From positions 17,311 through 49,310 of the forward strand of contig JAZSID010000032.1 in NCBI GenBank assembly GCA_045533625.1: DNA of 32,000 nt, given 5' to 3'. The stretch is from Acutalibacteraceae bacterium. GTDB taxonomy: Bacteria; Bacillota; Clostridia; Oscillospirales; Acutalibacteraceae. Positions 8,230 through 16,457 of this stretch are shown here, in pieces. Made by a program: the position numbers and the translations under genes. Below the pieces are notes generated by a model, which saw nothing but the letters and a program-made list of their open reading frames with translations, was not told the origin of the DNA and ran no database searches. Every line of letters starts with the position of its first letter. The first letter of the stretch is position 1.

Positions 8230-9495
8230 TTATCTCCAACATACTCTGACTGTTACGCCGTCTTCTTCAAGGAAGAATTTAGCCTTTGCAGCCTTTGATT
8301 CGTACTCTTCGACTGAAGACATTTCAACGAATGAGATCGGACGTGTTGAGCCGCCAGCTGTGTTATTGTGAATCTTGTCAACCTTCTTAAGACCTTCTAT
8401 AAATGCCTGTGCCATTTCAGGTGTCTTGAGGGTAAGCTTTGAGTCAACACGAAGACGGTTTGTATAATCCTTGTTTACATTGTATTTTGCGAATGCAAGT
8501 GTGCCGGGAACAAAGCCTGTGCACCACCATGTATTTGAGGGGTTTCTTGAAAGAATAAGCTTATATTCGTTTGAGTTTTCTGTTCCGCACTGGTAAACAT
8601 TCATACTCTGAAGAAGCTTTGTTTCATCGTCTGCGCAGTTATAGTGAGTGCTCGGAGATGATGTTTCAGGTCTGTTATAAATACCGATTTCAGCACCTAC
8701 AAGAACAAGGCCGTACTGACCCTTCCAATACTGAATCATCCACTGAAGTCCGTCATAATCGAAGTATACACGCATTGTGTCGTACGAAATTGCAAGAATA
8801 GGAGCAGAAGCGTCATAGATTTCGTTATAACCGTACTGTCTCTGCCATGCATCCTCAGCTGTGATAAAGCATTTCTCTGTTGTTGAATATTTGAAGCCGA
8901 AAAGACCTGTATCTTTACCTTCATCGTTTTTGATGGTAAGATTTCCCTTTTCGTCAATTATAACGTTGTCCTTCACTACAGACTGAACCGCTTCAATGAC
9001 ATCCTTCATTGAAGGTGCAGGTCTTGAGTTATCAATCTGCTCTTTGTCGGTGCTCGGTCTGTTATTATTTGAGCCGCCTGAGCTACCACCGTTTGAGCCG
9101 CCGTTCGGTCTGTTGTTAGAACCGCCTGAACTGTCGCCGTTTGAACCGCCTGAGCTGCCGCCGTTTGAACCGCCTGATGCACCGGGAACCTGAACAAGGT
9201 TTCCGTCCTTATCATAAACTTCGTAGTTGCCGCTGTCGTTGTTTGTTCCCCACTTTGTACCGCAGTCACCACAAGTGAAAAAGCCCTTATCATCGGGACC
9301 TGTGAAGTTAGTTGACTGACATACAGGACAGCCCTGTGTGCTCATTGTGTCGTCAAGAGCAAAGGGATCGTTTGTTGTTTCTTCGGGAATATCAGCTTTA
9401 CCAACAAAGCTGCATCCCGGTAATACGGTAAGAGCCATCAAAGTAATAATTCCGATTACAGCGATTGCTCTTAAGATTCCATTCTTAGTGAACAT
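8230..9495 (-). CDS. DUF4474 domain protein with an N-terminal anchor/lipobox, a zinc ribbon and a Gly/Ser/Asn repeat linker
   Basis: 421 aa. Elements in order: LPGCS lipobox-like site; CPVC-x15-CGDC; (GGSNGGSSGGSN..) repeats; then a C-terminal domain (WQRQYGYNEIYD...WMIQYWKGQYGLVLVGAEIGIYN) that I recognise as DUF4474-like. Confidence 0.75.
   Translation of the reverse strand: MFTKNGILRAIAVIGIITLMALTVLPGCSFVGKADIPEETTNDPFALDDTMSTQGCPVCQSTNFTGPDDKGFFTCGDCGTKWGTNNDSGNYEVYDKDGNLVQVPGASGGSNGGSSGGSNGDSSGGSNNRPNGGSNGGSSGGSNNNRPSTDKEQIDNSRPAPSMKDVIEAVQSVVKDNVIIDEKGNLTIKNDEGKDTGLFGFKYSTTEKCFITAEDAWQRQYGYNEIYDASAPILAISYDTMRVYFDYDGLQWMIQYWKGQYGLVLVGAEIGIYNRPETSSPSTHYNCADDETKLLQSMNVYQCGTENSNEYKLILSRNPSNTWWCTGFVPGTLAFAKYNVNKDYTNRLRVDSKLTLKTPEMAQAFIEGLKKVDKIHNNTAGGSTRPISFVEMSSVEEYESKAAKAKFFLEEDGVTVRVCWR
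9055..9183 (-). repeat. imperfect in-frame tandem repeats encoding GGSNGGSSGGSNGDSSGGSNNRPNGGSNGGSSGGSNNNRP
   Basis: Repeated ccgcctga(g/a)ct / ccgtttga(g/a)ccgcc units are visible on the + strand. The region is a low-complexity linker (residues about 105-147) of the DUF4474 protein. Confidence 0.8.
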
Positions 9496-9575
9496 CTCTA
9501 TTTACCTCCAAGTCATTTGGATAAATTATAACATAACCAAAATCAAATTTCAACACAAACTGACAAATAAATATA

Positions 9576-9604
9576 TTGACTAAAATTGGAAACAAATATA
9601 TAAT
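9576..9604 (+). promoter_or_regulatory. sigma-A-type promoter TTGACT-17-TATAAT upstream of the kinase gene
   Basis: TTGACT at 9576-9581 and TATAAT at 9599-9604. Confidence 0.5.
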
Positions 9605-9637
9605 ATTTTTGTATGTATTATATTATGAGGTGTTTAT

Positions 9638-10768
9638 ATGAACTACACAAATGACAAAAAGCTCCTGAAAATTGTCGATAATTTCCCGTTTGAGGGTGAA
9701 CTTGTTGAAATCAAGCCCACCGGTTCAGGCCACATCAACAGCACATTTCTTGTTACCTGTTCAGACTCAAATATGAACTATCAGTACATTCTTCAGCTTA
9801 TCAACCCCAATGTTTTCAAAAAACCTGATGAGCTTATGTCTAACGTTATGAACGTTACAAGCTTCTTAAGAAACAAGATTATCCTTGACGGCGGTAATCC
9901 CGAAAGAGAAACTCTCACTTTCCTTTATACTAAGGATAACACACCTTACTACAAAGACGAAAACGACGCTTGCTGGAGAGCATACAATTACATCGGCAAC
10001 TGCACAACATTTGACAAAGTTGACGAACCCATCAAGATGCTCCGTTCAGCAAAGGCTTTCGGCATTTTCCAGAAAAGACTTGCCGACTACCCTATCGATA
10101 ATCTTTTCGAAACAATTCCGAATTTCCACAACACACCTGCACGTTACGAGGCTTTCAAAGAATCCATTGAAAATAATCTTTCAGGCAGACTTGACGAAGC
10201 AAAGGAAGAAATCGAATTTGCTCTTTCAAGAGAAGCTGATGCTTCAAAGCTTACAGATATGATCAAAACAGGAGATCTCCCCGTCCGCGTTACTCACAAC
10301 GACACAAAGATCAACAACGTTCTTTTTGACAAAATCACAAACGAGGCTTTCTGCGTTATCGACCTTGATACGGTTATGCCAGGTCTCTCACTCTACGACT
10401 TCGGTGACAGCATCCGTTCAGGTGCTGTTACATCCGATGAGGATGAAAAAGACCTTGATAAATTCAACCTTGATATTGACCTTTACAATGCATATGCAGA
10501 AGGTTTCCTTGCAGAAGCTGCAGAGTCACTTACACAGAACGAAGTTGATAACCTTGTTTTCTCTGCAAAGCTTATGACGCTTGAGTGCGGTGTGCGTTTC
10601 CTTACGGACTTCCTTAACGGCGACGTTTACTTCAAGACTGATTACCCCGAACATAACCTTGTAAGATGCCGTACACAATTCAAGCTCGTAAGAGAAATTG
10701 AAGCACACTACGACGAAATGTACAAGGCAACAGCCGAGCTTTACAGGAGGGCTTTGCTTGAAAAATAA
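9638..10768 (+). CDS. APH/ChoK-fold phosphotransferase, N-acetylhexosamine 1-kinase-like
   Basis: 376 aa. Motifs: GSGHINSTFLV (nucleotide loop), catalytic loop HNDTKINNVLFD, metal-binding IDLDTVMPG. The overall pattern resembles NahK-type sugar-1-kinases. Confidence 0.75.
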   Translation: MNYTNDKKLLKIVDNFPFEGELVEIKPTGSGHINSTFLVTCSDSNMNYQYILQLINPNVFKKPDELMSNVMNVTSFLRNKIILDGGNPERETLTFLYTKDNTPYYKDENDACWRAYNYIGNCTTFDKVDEPIKMLRSAKAFGIFQKRLADYPIDNLFETIPNFHNTPARYEAFKESIENNLSGRLDEAKEEIEFALSREADASKLTDMIKTGDLPVRVTHNDTKINNVLFDKITNEAFCVIDLDTVMPGLSLYDFGDSIRSGAVTSDEDEKDLDKFNLDIDLYNAYAEGFLAEAAESLTQNEVDNLVFSAKLMTLECGVRFLTDFLNGDVYFKTDYPEHNLVRCRTQFKLVREIEAHYDEMYKATAELYRRALLEK

Positions 10769-11630
10769 GAAACTCAGTATTCTTATCGCCTGTGCGCTCG
10801 TTGTCGTTATCGCCGTCGCCGCTGTTGTTGTCGCACCGCTTATAAGGAACGCGTCAGAAAACAGCACCATCCGCAAATATACTTCGCAGAACCTTAAAAA
10901 CGTGGATAACGTTATTCTGCTCTCTCACTGTGCAGAAATTGACGGCATGACAAATTCCGTTGCAGGTGTTAAGGAAGCTGTACGGCTTGGTGCAGATGCT
11001 GTCGTTGTTGACCTTTGTTTCAGGAAAGACGGTACACCCGTTATCACTGATAACTACGAAAACAGCGAATCTGCCACTACGCTTGAAGAGCTTTTTGTTG
11101 CAATGAACGCTGACGGTTTCAAAGAAACAATCCTTTATCTTAACATCGTTCAGCTTTCTGAAATGAACAAGCTCAACACTGTTACAATCAACCATAATAT
11201 GGTCGGTCGCACATTTATCTCAGGTATTGACAAAACGCATTACGGAATGATTACCACAGACAGCACAATTATTCCGTTTCTGCTGAAATATGAATTGACT
11301 AAAGAAGATAAGGATGCTATTGCGGAAGGAAGCTTTTCGGCACCGGAATGTATTGCAGAATACGGCGCAAGCGGACTTGAAATCAGTGCAAAGGATGCAA
11401 CGCCCGAAGTAATCAGTGCCCTGAACGATTTCGGAATTCCGTTCATCGTTTCGGGAATTGATTCGGTTGAAAGCTTCTGTGAACCGCTTCTCAACGGAGC
11501 ATCCACCGTTTTTGTGAACGACATTGAAAAGTATTCAAAAATACTTGACGACTGGACAATCTCTATGCAGGAAAGACACAGCATTTCTGTTGAGCAATCT
11601 TTAGCTGAATTAAAAAAGAATAAGCAATAA
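10758..11630 (+). CDS. membrane-anchored glycerophosphodiester phosphodiesterase (GDPD)-like protein, possibly catalytically degenerate
   Basis: Start re-called to the TTG at 10758 (MKNKKLSILIACALVVVIAVAAVVVA, an N-terminal TM segment). An AGGAGG at 10745-10750 precedes it. The track's ATG at 10698 lies 71 nt inside the kinase gene and has no RBS. The GDPD-like core is VILLSHCAEIDGMTNSVAGVKEAVRLGADAVVVDLCFRKDGTPVITDN. Confidence 0.6.
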   Translation: MKNKKLSILIACALVVVIAVAAVVVAPLIRNASENSTIRKYTSQNLKNVDNVILLSHCAEIDGMTNSVAGVKEAVRLGADAVVVDLCFRKDGTPVITDNYENSESATTLEELFVAMNADGFKETILYLNIVQLSEMNKLNTVTINHNMVGRTFISGIDKTHYGMITTDSTIIPFLLKYELTKEDKDAIAEGSFSAPECIAEYGASGLEISAKDATPEVISALNDFGIPFIVSGIDSVESFCEPLLNGASTVFVNDIEKYSKILDDWTISMQERHSISVEQSLAELKKNKQ

Positions 11631-11635
11631 ACAAA

Positions 11636-11680
11636 AACAGCGTATTTATGAAAACTCATAGATACGCTGTTACTGTTTTT
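11636..11680. terminator. bidirectional terminator between the GDPD-like gene and the DUF1015 gene
   Basis: ACAGCGTAT (11637-11645) pairs with ATACGCTGT (11662-11670). T-runs flank the hairpin on both strands. Confidence 0.7.
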
Positions 11681-11688
11681 ACTGACTT

Positions 11689-12930
11689 TTATGACAATTT
11701 ATGAATAAACAAACCGCTCAGAAGCTTAGGTTCGAACCAGGTTGATTTAGGCGGCATAAGCTCCCCTGCATCCGCAATATCCATAAGATCGTCAAGCGTT
11801 GTCGGATACATTGAAAATGCAATCTTCATATCCGTGTTTACTCTTCTTTCAAGCTCGCCGAGTCCGCGGATACCGCCGATGAAGTCGATACGCTTGTCTG
11901 TCCTCGGATCTTCGATACCGAAAATCGGAGCAATAACATTCTTCTGAAGGATTGAAACATCAAGCTGATCAACGGGATCATTCGAATTGAACGTGCCTTC
12001 CTTAGCTGTAAGCTTATACCATGTGCCATCAAGAAGCATACCGAAAGTGTGCTTTGCTTCCGGCTTGTAAGCTTCTGTACCGACAGCTTCAACATCAAAC
12101 ACTTCCGCGATTTTTGCCATAAATTCTTCGTTCGTATAACCGTTGAGGTCTTTCATTACGCGGTTGTAGTCCATAATTTCAAGCTCGTTCCTCGGGAAAA
12201 GAACTGCAAGGAAGAAATTAAACTCCTCTTCACCCGTGTAATCGGGATTCTGCTCACGGCGCATCCTGCCGACCTTTACAGCAGAAGCAGCTCTGTGGTG
12301 ACCGTCCGCGATGTAGAGATAATCAATAGCTGCAAACTTTTCTGTAAGAACCGCCAAAGTTTCGGGGCAGTCAATCACCCACACGGTGTTGCTCACTCCG
12401 TCAGATACAAAGTCGTAAACAGGCTCGTGCTCTGCCTTCCATTTTTCAACAAGATTGTTAATAAAATCATCCTCACGGTAGGTAAGGAAAATCGGACCTG
12501 TGTTAGCATCACAATAATCGACGTGGTTGATTCTGTCAGCTTCTTTGTCGGCACGTGTAAGCTCATGCTTTTTTATAATATTATTGATATAATCATCAAT
12601 TGCCGTACATCCTACAAGACCAGTCTGGCTTCTGCCGTTCATAATCTGTCGGTAGATGTAAATACAAGGATTTGCATCCGCCTTGCAGATACCGTCAGTT
12701 ACGAGTTTATCAAGATTTTCTCTTGCCTTGAGATAAACAGATTTATCGTAAATATCAATATTCTTATCAAGGTCAACTTCAGCCTTATCAACATGAAGAA
12801 ATGAATAGGGCTTGCCTTTTACCATTTCTCTTGCTTCATCGCTGTTCATAACGTCATATGGTAAAGCGGCAACGGCCTCAGCTTTTTCGGGCACGGGACG
12901 TATTGCCCTGAACGGCTTAAATTTTGCCAT
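11689..12930 (-). CDS. DUF1015 family protein
   Basis: 413 aa. The N-terminus MAKFKPFRAIRPVPEKAEAVAALPYDV and the later ADGHHR motif are characteristic of DUF1015. AAGGAGAG RBS. Confidence 0.8.
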   Translation of the reverse strand: MAKFKPFRAIRPVPEKAEAVAALPYDVMNSDEAREMVKGKPYSFLHVDKAEVDLDKNIDIYDKSVYLKARENLDKLVTDGICKADANPCIYIYRQIMNGRSQTGLVGCTAIDDYINNIIKKHELTRADKEADRINHVDYCDANTGPIFLTYREDDFINNLVEKWKAEHEPVYDFVSDGVSNTVWVIDCPETLAVLTEKFAAIDYLYIADGHHRAASAVKVGRMRREQNPDYTGEEEFNFFLAVLFPRNELEIMDYNRVMKDLNGYTNEEFMAKIAEVFDVEAVGTEAYKPEAKHTFGMLLDGTWYKLTAKEGTFNSNDPVDQLDVSILQKNVIAPIFGIEDPRTDKRIDFIGGIRGLGELERRVNTDMKIAFSMYPTTLDDLMDIADAGELMPPKSTWFEPKLLSGLFIHKLS

Positions 12931-12961
12931 AAAGACTCTCCTTTAAGAAAGATTGGTAATA

Positions 12962-12990
12962 ATTTTACTATACCCAAAAAACTTTGTCAA
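12962..12990 (-). promoter_or_regulatory. sigma-A-type promoter TTGACA-17-TAAAAT for the DUF1015 gene
   Basis: Read on the reverse strand: -35 at 12985-12990 and -10 at 12962-12967. Confidence 0.45.
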
Positions 12991-12997
12991 TAATTTA

Positions 12998-13031
12998 TCA
13001 AAAAAAGAAAAGCTGCTTTTTCAAGCAGCTT
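12998..13031 (-). terminator. rho-independent terminator of the XRE regulator gene
   Basis: AAGCTGCTT (13010-13018) pairs with AAGCAGCTT (13023-13031). On the minus strand it is followed by TTTCTTTTTTT. Confidence 0.7.
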
Positions 13032-13036
13032 ATTGT

Positions 13037-13285
13037 TTATTCGTCAATGCCAAGCAACCAGTTTACACTTACATCAAGCGCAAGAGCAATCGCTTTGAGT
13101 TCATAATCCGTTACACCTCTGAGCTGACCTTCAAGCTTAGAAAGACCGGATGCATTAAGATCGATTCCGCTGACCTGAAGCTGAGCAAGAAGATCCTTCT
13201 GCTTCATGCCGATTGCTTTTCTCTGCTTCTCGACCTTAGCGCCGATAATATTCATATCGCCAAGCTCCTGTTTTCTTGTTCTCAT
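13037..13285 (-). CDS. XRE-family helix-turn-helix transcriptional regulator
   Basis: 82 aa. The HTH reads IGMKQKDLLAQLQVSGIDLNASGLSKLEGQLRGVTDYELKAIALAL. An alternative start at 13255 (MNIIGAKV) also has an AGGAG RBS. Confidence 0.8.
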   Translation of the reverse strand: MRTRKQELGDMNIIGAKVEKQRKAIGMKQKDLLAQLQVSGIDLNASGLSKLEGQLRGVTDYELKAIALALDVSVNWLLGIDE

Positions 13286-13489
13286 TCAAACTCACCTTCT
13301 GCCGTGAACATAATTTGCTTATACATTTTAACACTTTAGTTTAAATATCTCAATAGCAACTTTACTTTTTCGCAAAAATTTAGAGATTTGACCATATCAG
13401 TACCAATTCCAATAGACAAAATTAGACACTTTTATCACTTTGTATCACAAAAAGTAAAAATTCAAACATTTTTTATGTTTTGTCATATA

Positions 13490-13518
13490 TTGTAAATTAA
13501 TTTCCTATGTGTTATAAT
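13490..13518 (+). promoter_or_regulatory. sigma-A-type promoter TTGTAA-17-TATAAT with an extended -10 (TGT), upstream of pncB
   Basis: TTGTAA at 13490-13495 and TGTTATAAT at 13510-13518. Confidence 0.5.
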
Positions 13519-13551
13519 GTTGGAAAATTTCAATTGAAAGCGGTGCTTTGA

Positions 13552-15000
13552 ATGAATGATTTAAAGAATCGTAACCTTACAATGCTCACTGACTTTTATG
13601 AGCTTACCATGGCTAACGGTTACTTCATTAACGGAAAAGGCGACGAAATCACACAGTTTGATATGTTTTTCAGAACCGTTCCCGACAACGGCGGTTTTGC
13701 GATTATGGCAGGTGTTGAACAGCTTTCGCAATACCTTGAAAATCTTAAATTCACGGAAGACGATATTGAGTATCTTCGCAAAAGAGGTTTTGGCGAAGAA
13801 TTCCTTGAATATCTTCGTAATTTTGAATTCAAGTGTGATATTTACTGTGTGCCCGAGGGAACACCCATCTTCCCCCGTGAACCAATCGTTACAGTTAAAG
13901 GTCCTGCAATTCAGGCACAGTTTATTGAAACAATGCTCCTTCTTGCAATCAACCATCAGAGCCTTATTGCAACAAAAGCAAACAGGCTTGTACGCGCTTC
14001 CCAGGGCAGAGCAATAATGGAATTCGGCTCAAGACGTGCACAGGGCTTCGACGGTGCAGTTTACGGTGCACGGGCTTCATACATCGGCGGTTGCGCAGGT
14101 ACAGCCTGTACAATTTCCGACCGTGAGTTCGGTGTTCCTGCACTTGGCACAATGGCACACAGCTGGGTTCAGCTTTTCGAAACAGAGCTTGACGCTTTCT
14201 GTGCTTATGCCAAGGCTTATCCGGACAGCTGTACACTTCTTGTTGATACATATGACGTTCTTAAATCCGGTGTACCGAATGCAATTGAAGCTTTCAAAAA
14301 AGAAGTACTCCCCCGCGGATTCAGACCCAAGGGAATAAGAATCGACAGCGGTGACATCACATACCTTTCAACAAAAGCAAGAAAGATGCTTGACGATGCA
14401 GGTTTCGAGGACATTAAAATCATCGCTTCAAACTCACTTGACGAATACATTATAAGAGATATGCTCCGTCAGGGTGCACAGGTTGATTCTTTCGGCGTTG
14501 GTGAAAGACTTATCACAGCTTCCTCAACCCCTGTTTTCGGCGGTGTTTACAAGCTCGTTGCAGTTGAGAGTGACGGCGTTATGAAACCGAAAATCAAGCT
14601 CAGCGAAAACGTTGCAAAGGTTACAACCCCGGGTGCAAAAAACCTCTGGCGACTTTACGATAACGAAACTGGCAAAGCCATTGCCGACCTTATCACTCTG
14701 GCTGATGAGGTTATTGACGATACACAGCCTTATGAGCTTTTCGACCCTGACGTTACATGGAAAAGAAAGACTGTTGAAAATTACACGGCACGTCCCCTTC
14801 TTCAGCCGCTTTTCATCGGCGGTAAATGTGTTTATGATTATCCCGCTATTGAAACAATCCGTGCGTACTGTGCAGAGCAGGTTGATACTCTCTGGGACGA
14901 GGTAAAACGTTTTGAAAACCCGCATAACTACTACGTCGATATGTCTCAGGCACTCTGGGATATGAAGAATGAGATGATTAATAAATACAAGCCAAGATAA
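13552..15000 (+). CDS. pncB: nicotinate phosphoribosyltransferase
   Basis: 482 aa. Motifs: LTMLTDFYELTMANGYF, EFGSRRAQG, GTMAHSWVQ, RIDSGD. These are typical of type-II NAPRTase. Confidence 0.92.
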   Translation: MNDLKNRNLTMLTDFYELTMANGYFINGKGDEITQFDMFFRTVPDNGGFAIMAGVEQLSQYLENLKFTEDDIEYLRKRGFGEEFLEYLRNFEFKCDIYCVPEGTPIFPREPIVTVKGPAIQAQFIETMLLLAINHQSLIATKANRLVRASQGRAIMEFGSRRAQGFDGAVYGARASYIGGCAGTACTISDREFGVPALGTMAHSWVQLFETELDAFCAYAKAYPDSCTLLVDTYDVLKSGVPNAIEAFKKEVLPRGFRPKGIRIDSGDITYLSTKARKMLDDAGFEDIKIIASNSLDEYIIRDMLRQGAQVDSFGVGERLITASSTPVFGGVYKLVAVESDGVMKPKIKLSENVAKVTTPGAKNLWRLYDNETGKAIADLITLADEVIDDTQPYELFDPDVTWKRKTVENYTARPLLQPLFIGGKCVYDYPAIETIRAYCAEQVDTLWDEVKRFENPHNYYVDMSQALWDMKNEMINKYKPR

Positions 15001-15003
15001 AAA

Positions 15004-15040
15004 ATTCCTCAGCAGCTTAAAACTGCTGAGGATTATTTTT
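15004..15040. terminator. bidirectional terminator between pncB and fba
   Basis: TCCTCAGCAG (15006-15015) pairs with CTGCTGAGGA (15023-15032). It is flanked by A/T-runs. Confidence 0.8.
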
Positions 15041-15044
15041 GTCA

Positions 15045-15890
15045 TTATTCGGATTTTAAACCGTAGCAGATATTGATTTTTGCACGAAGTACTTCTTTAA
15101 TGCAGTCAACTGCACCGCGCATATAAATCTTCGGGTCAAAAACTTCGGGATCTTTTTCAAATTCAGCCTTTATACCGTTTGTGTATGCCTGACGAAGCTC
15201 GGTTGCAAAGTTTATCTTGCTTATACCTGCGGCGATACAGTCGCGAAGCACGTCATCCGAAAGACCTGAAGCGCCGTGAAGAACAAGCGGAGTGCTGATT
15301 GCCTCGTGAATTTCTTTAATTCTCTGCACGTTGATTTTCGGCTCACCCTTGTAAATACCGTGCGCTGTACCGACACCGATTGCAAGAGTGCTGACGTTTG
15401 TACGGCGGACAAATTCTTCAGCTTCAGTCACGCTTGTGTATGAAGCTTCCATATCCGTGTCGCCCTCTTCCTTGCCGCCGATTGTGCCGAGCTCACCCTC
15501 AACCGAAACGTCCATAGGAAGTGCATAGTCAGTTACTTCCTTTGTATATTTCACGTTATCCTCAAAGCTCATTGCACTTCCGTCGTACATAACGGAAGAA
15601 AATCCGCTTGCAATACATCTTTGAGCAAGTGCAAGGCTGTTGCCGTGGTCAAGGTGAAGAGCGTAGACAACGGGACAGTCTGCCATAAGCTCACGCATCA
15701 TTGCAGGATAAATCGCAACTCCTCCGTAATTGAGGGTACGCGGAATCATCTGCACAATGACAGGAAGGCGCATTTCGTGCATAATTTCCGAAACTGCCAT
15801 AGCTGATTCAAGATTATCAATATTGAATGCAGGGATTGCATAACCTTCCTTTGAGGCTCTTTTCATAAGTCTTGCTGATGAAATTACCAT
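15045..15890 (-). CDS. fba: class II fructose/ketose-bisphosphate aldolase
   Basis: 281 aa. Motifs: GYAIPAFNIDN, LHLDHG (zinc His), GTAHG, LVLHGASG. These are hallmarks of class II aldolases. Confidence 0.9.
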   Translation of the reverse strand: MVISSARLMKRASKEGYAIPAFNIDNLESAMAVSEIMHEMRLPVIVQMIPRTLNYGGVAIYPAMMRELMADCPVVYALHLDHGNSLALAQRCIASGFSSVMYDGSAMSFEDNVKYTKEVTDYALPMDVSVEGELGTIGGKEEGDTDMEASYTSVTEAEEFVRRTNVSTLAIGVGTAHGIYKGEPKINVQRIKEIHEAISTPLVLHGASGLSDDVLRDCIAAGISKINFATELRQAYTNGIKAEFEKDPEVFDPKIYMRGAVDCIKEVLRAKINICYGLKSE

Positions 15891-15899
15891 AAAACTTCA

Positions 15900-16457
15900 C
15901 TATCCTTTAAAGTCAATAACCTTTCGGCTGTCAAGAATATAAACAACGCCCGAAACAAGCGATATCAACGCTGTTATGCCGAGAAGTATATTTGAGATAA
16001 GCGGCATTGGCAAGCCGAGACCGAACACGGTGTCTGCTTCGCCTATTAACATAATGGAAACAAGCGAAACCATCTGGAACACTGTTTTTATTTTACCACC
16101 GATATTCGCAGGTATTACAACGCCCTGTGCAGCGGCAATAAGTCTTACCGACGTTACGGCAAACTCACGGGTCAGCATAATCATCACGATCCAGATATTG
16201 CAGAGTCCGTCCTGCATAAGTGCAAGGAAGCCCGCCGTTACAAGCATTTTATCGGCTATCGGGTCAAGGAGTTTGCCGAAATTTGTAACAATATTATTCT
16301 TTCTTGCCAGTTTTCCGTCAATGGCATCAGTAATTGCGCCGACAGCGAAAATAAAGGCAGAAATAAGCATTTTGTATTTTATATTCAGAAAGTATATTAC
16401 AAGAAACAAGGGTGCAATAAACATTCTGAACAAAGTAATTTTATTAGGTGTATTCAT
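15900..16457 (-). CDS. pgsA: CDP-diacylglycerol--glycerol-3-phosphate 3-phosphatidyltransferase
   Basis: 185 aa. It carries the CDP-alcohol phosphatidyltransferase motif DAIDGKLARKNNIVTNFGKLLDPIADK. The start overlaps the rimO stop (TAATG). Confidence 0.92.
   Translation of the reverse strand: MNTPNKITLFRMFIAPLFLVIYFLNIKYKMLISAFIFAVGAITDAIDGKLARKNNIVTNFGKLLDPIADKMLVTAGFLALMQDGLCNIWIVMIMLTREFAVTSVRLIAAAQGVVIPANIGGKIKTVFQMVSLVSIMLIGEADTVFGLGLPMPLISNILLGITALISLVSGVVYILDSRKVIDFKG

Noticed and set aside
9055-9183. Repetitive DNA considered as a CRISPR array or minisatellite
   Set aside because: The repeats are short, imperfect, in frame and lie inside a long ORF, where they encode a Gly/Ser/Asn linker. 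There is no repeat-spacer architecture.
10698-10757. ATG at 10698 as the start of the GDPD-like gene
   Set aside because: It would place 20 extra, non-hydrophobic residues ahead of the TM anchor. It would also lie 71 nt inside the kinase gene with no RBS. The TTG at 10758, preceded by AGGAGG, gives a standard N-terminal anchor.
12049-12804. 251-aa ORF on the + strand
   Set aside because: It is entirely antisense to the well-supported DUF1015 gene. It has no RBS, and its composition (rich in Phe, Ile, Asn, Lys, Cys and Val) is typical of the reverse frame of an AT-rich gene.
13340-13551. NiaR-type operator or riboswitch upstream of pncB
   Set aside because: Only short direct repeats (TAGACA x2, TATCAC x2) and a small palindrome (AAACATTTTTTATGTTT) are visible. 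I cannot match them confidently to a known NiaR motif from memory, and the region is too AT-rich to support a stable fold.
14524-15045. 173-aa ORF on the - strand
   Set aside because: It is antisense to the 3' third of pncB and passes through the bidirectional terminator. It has no RBS.
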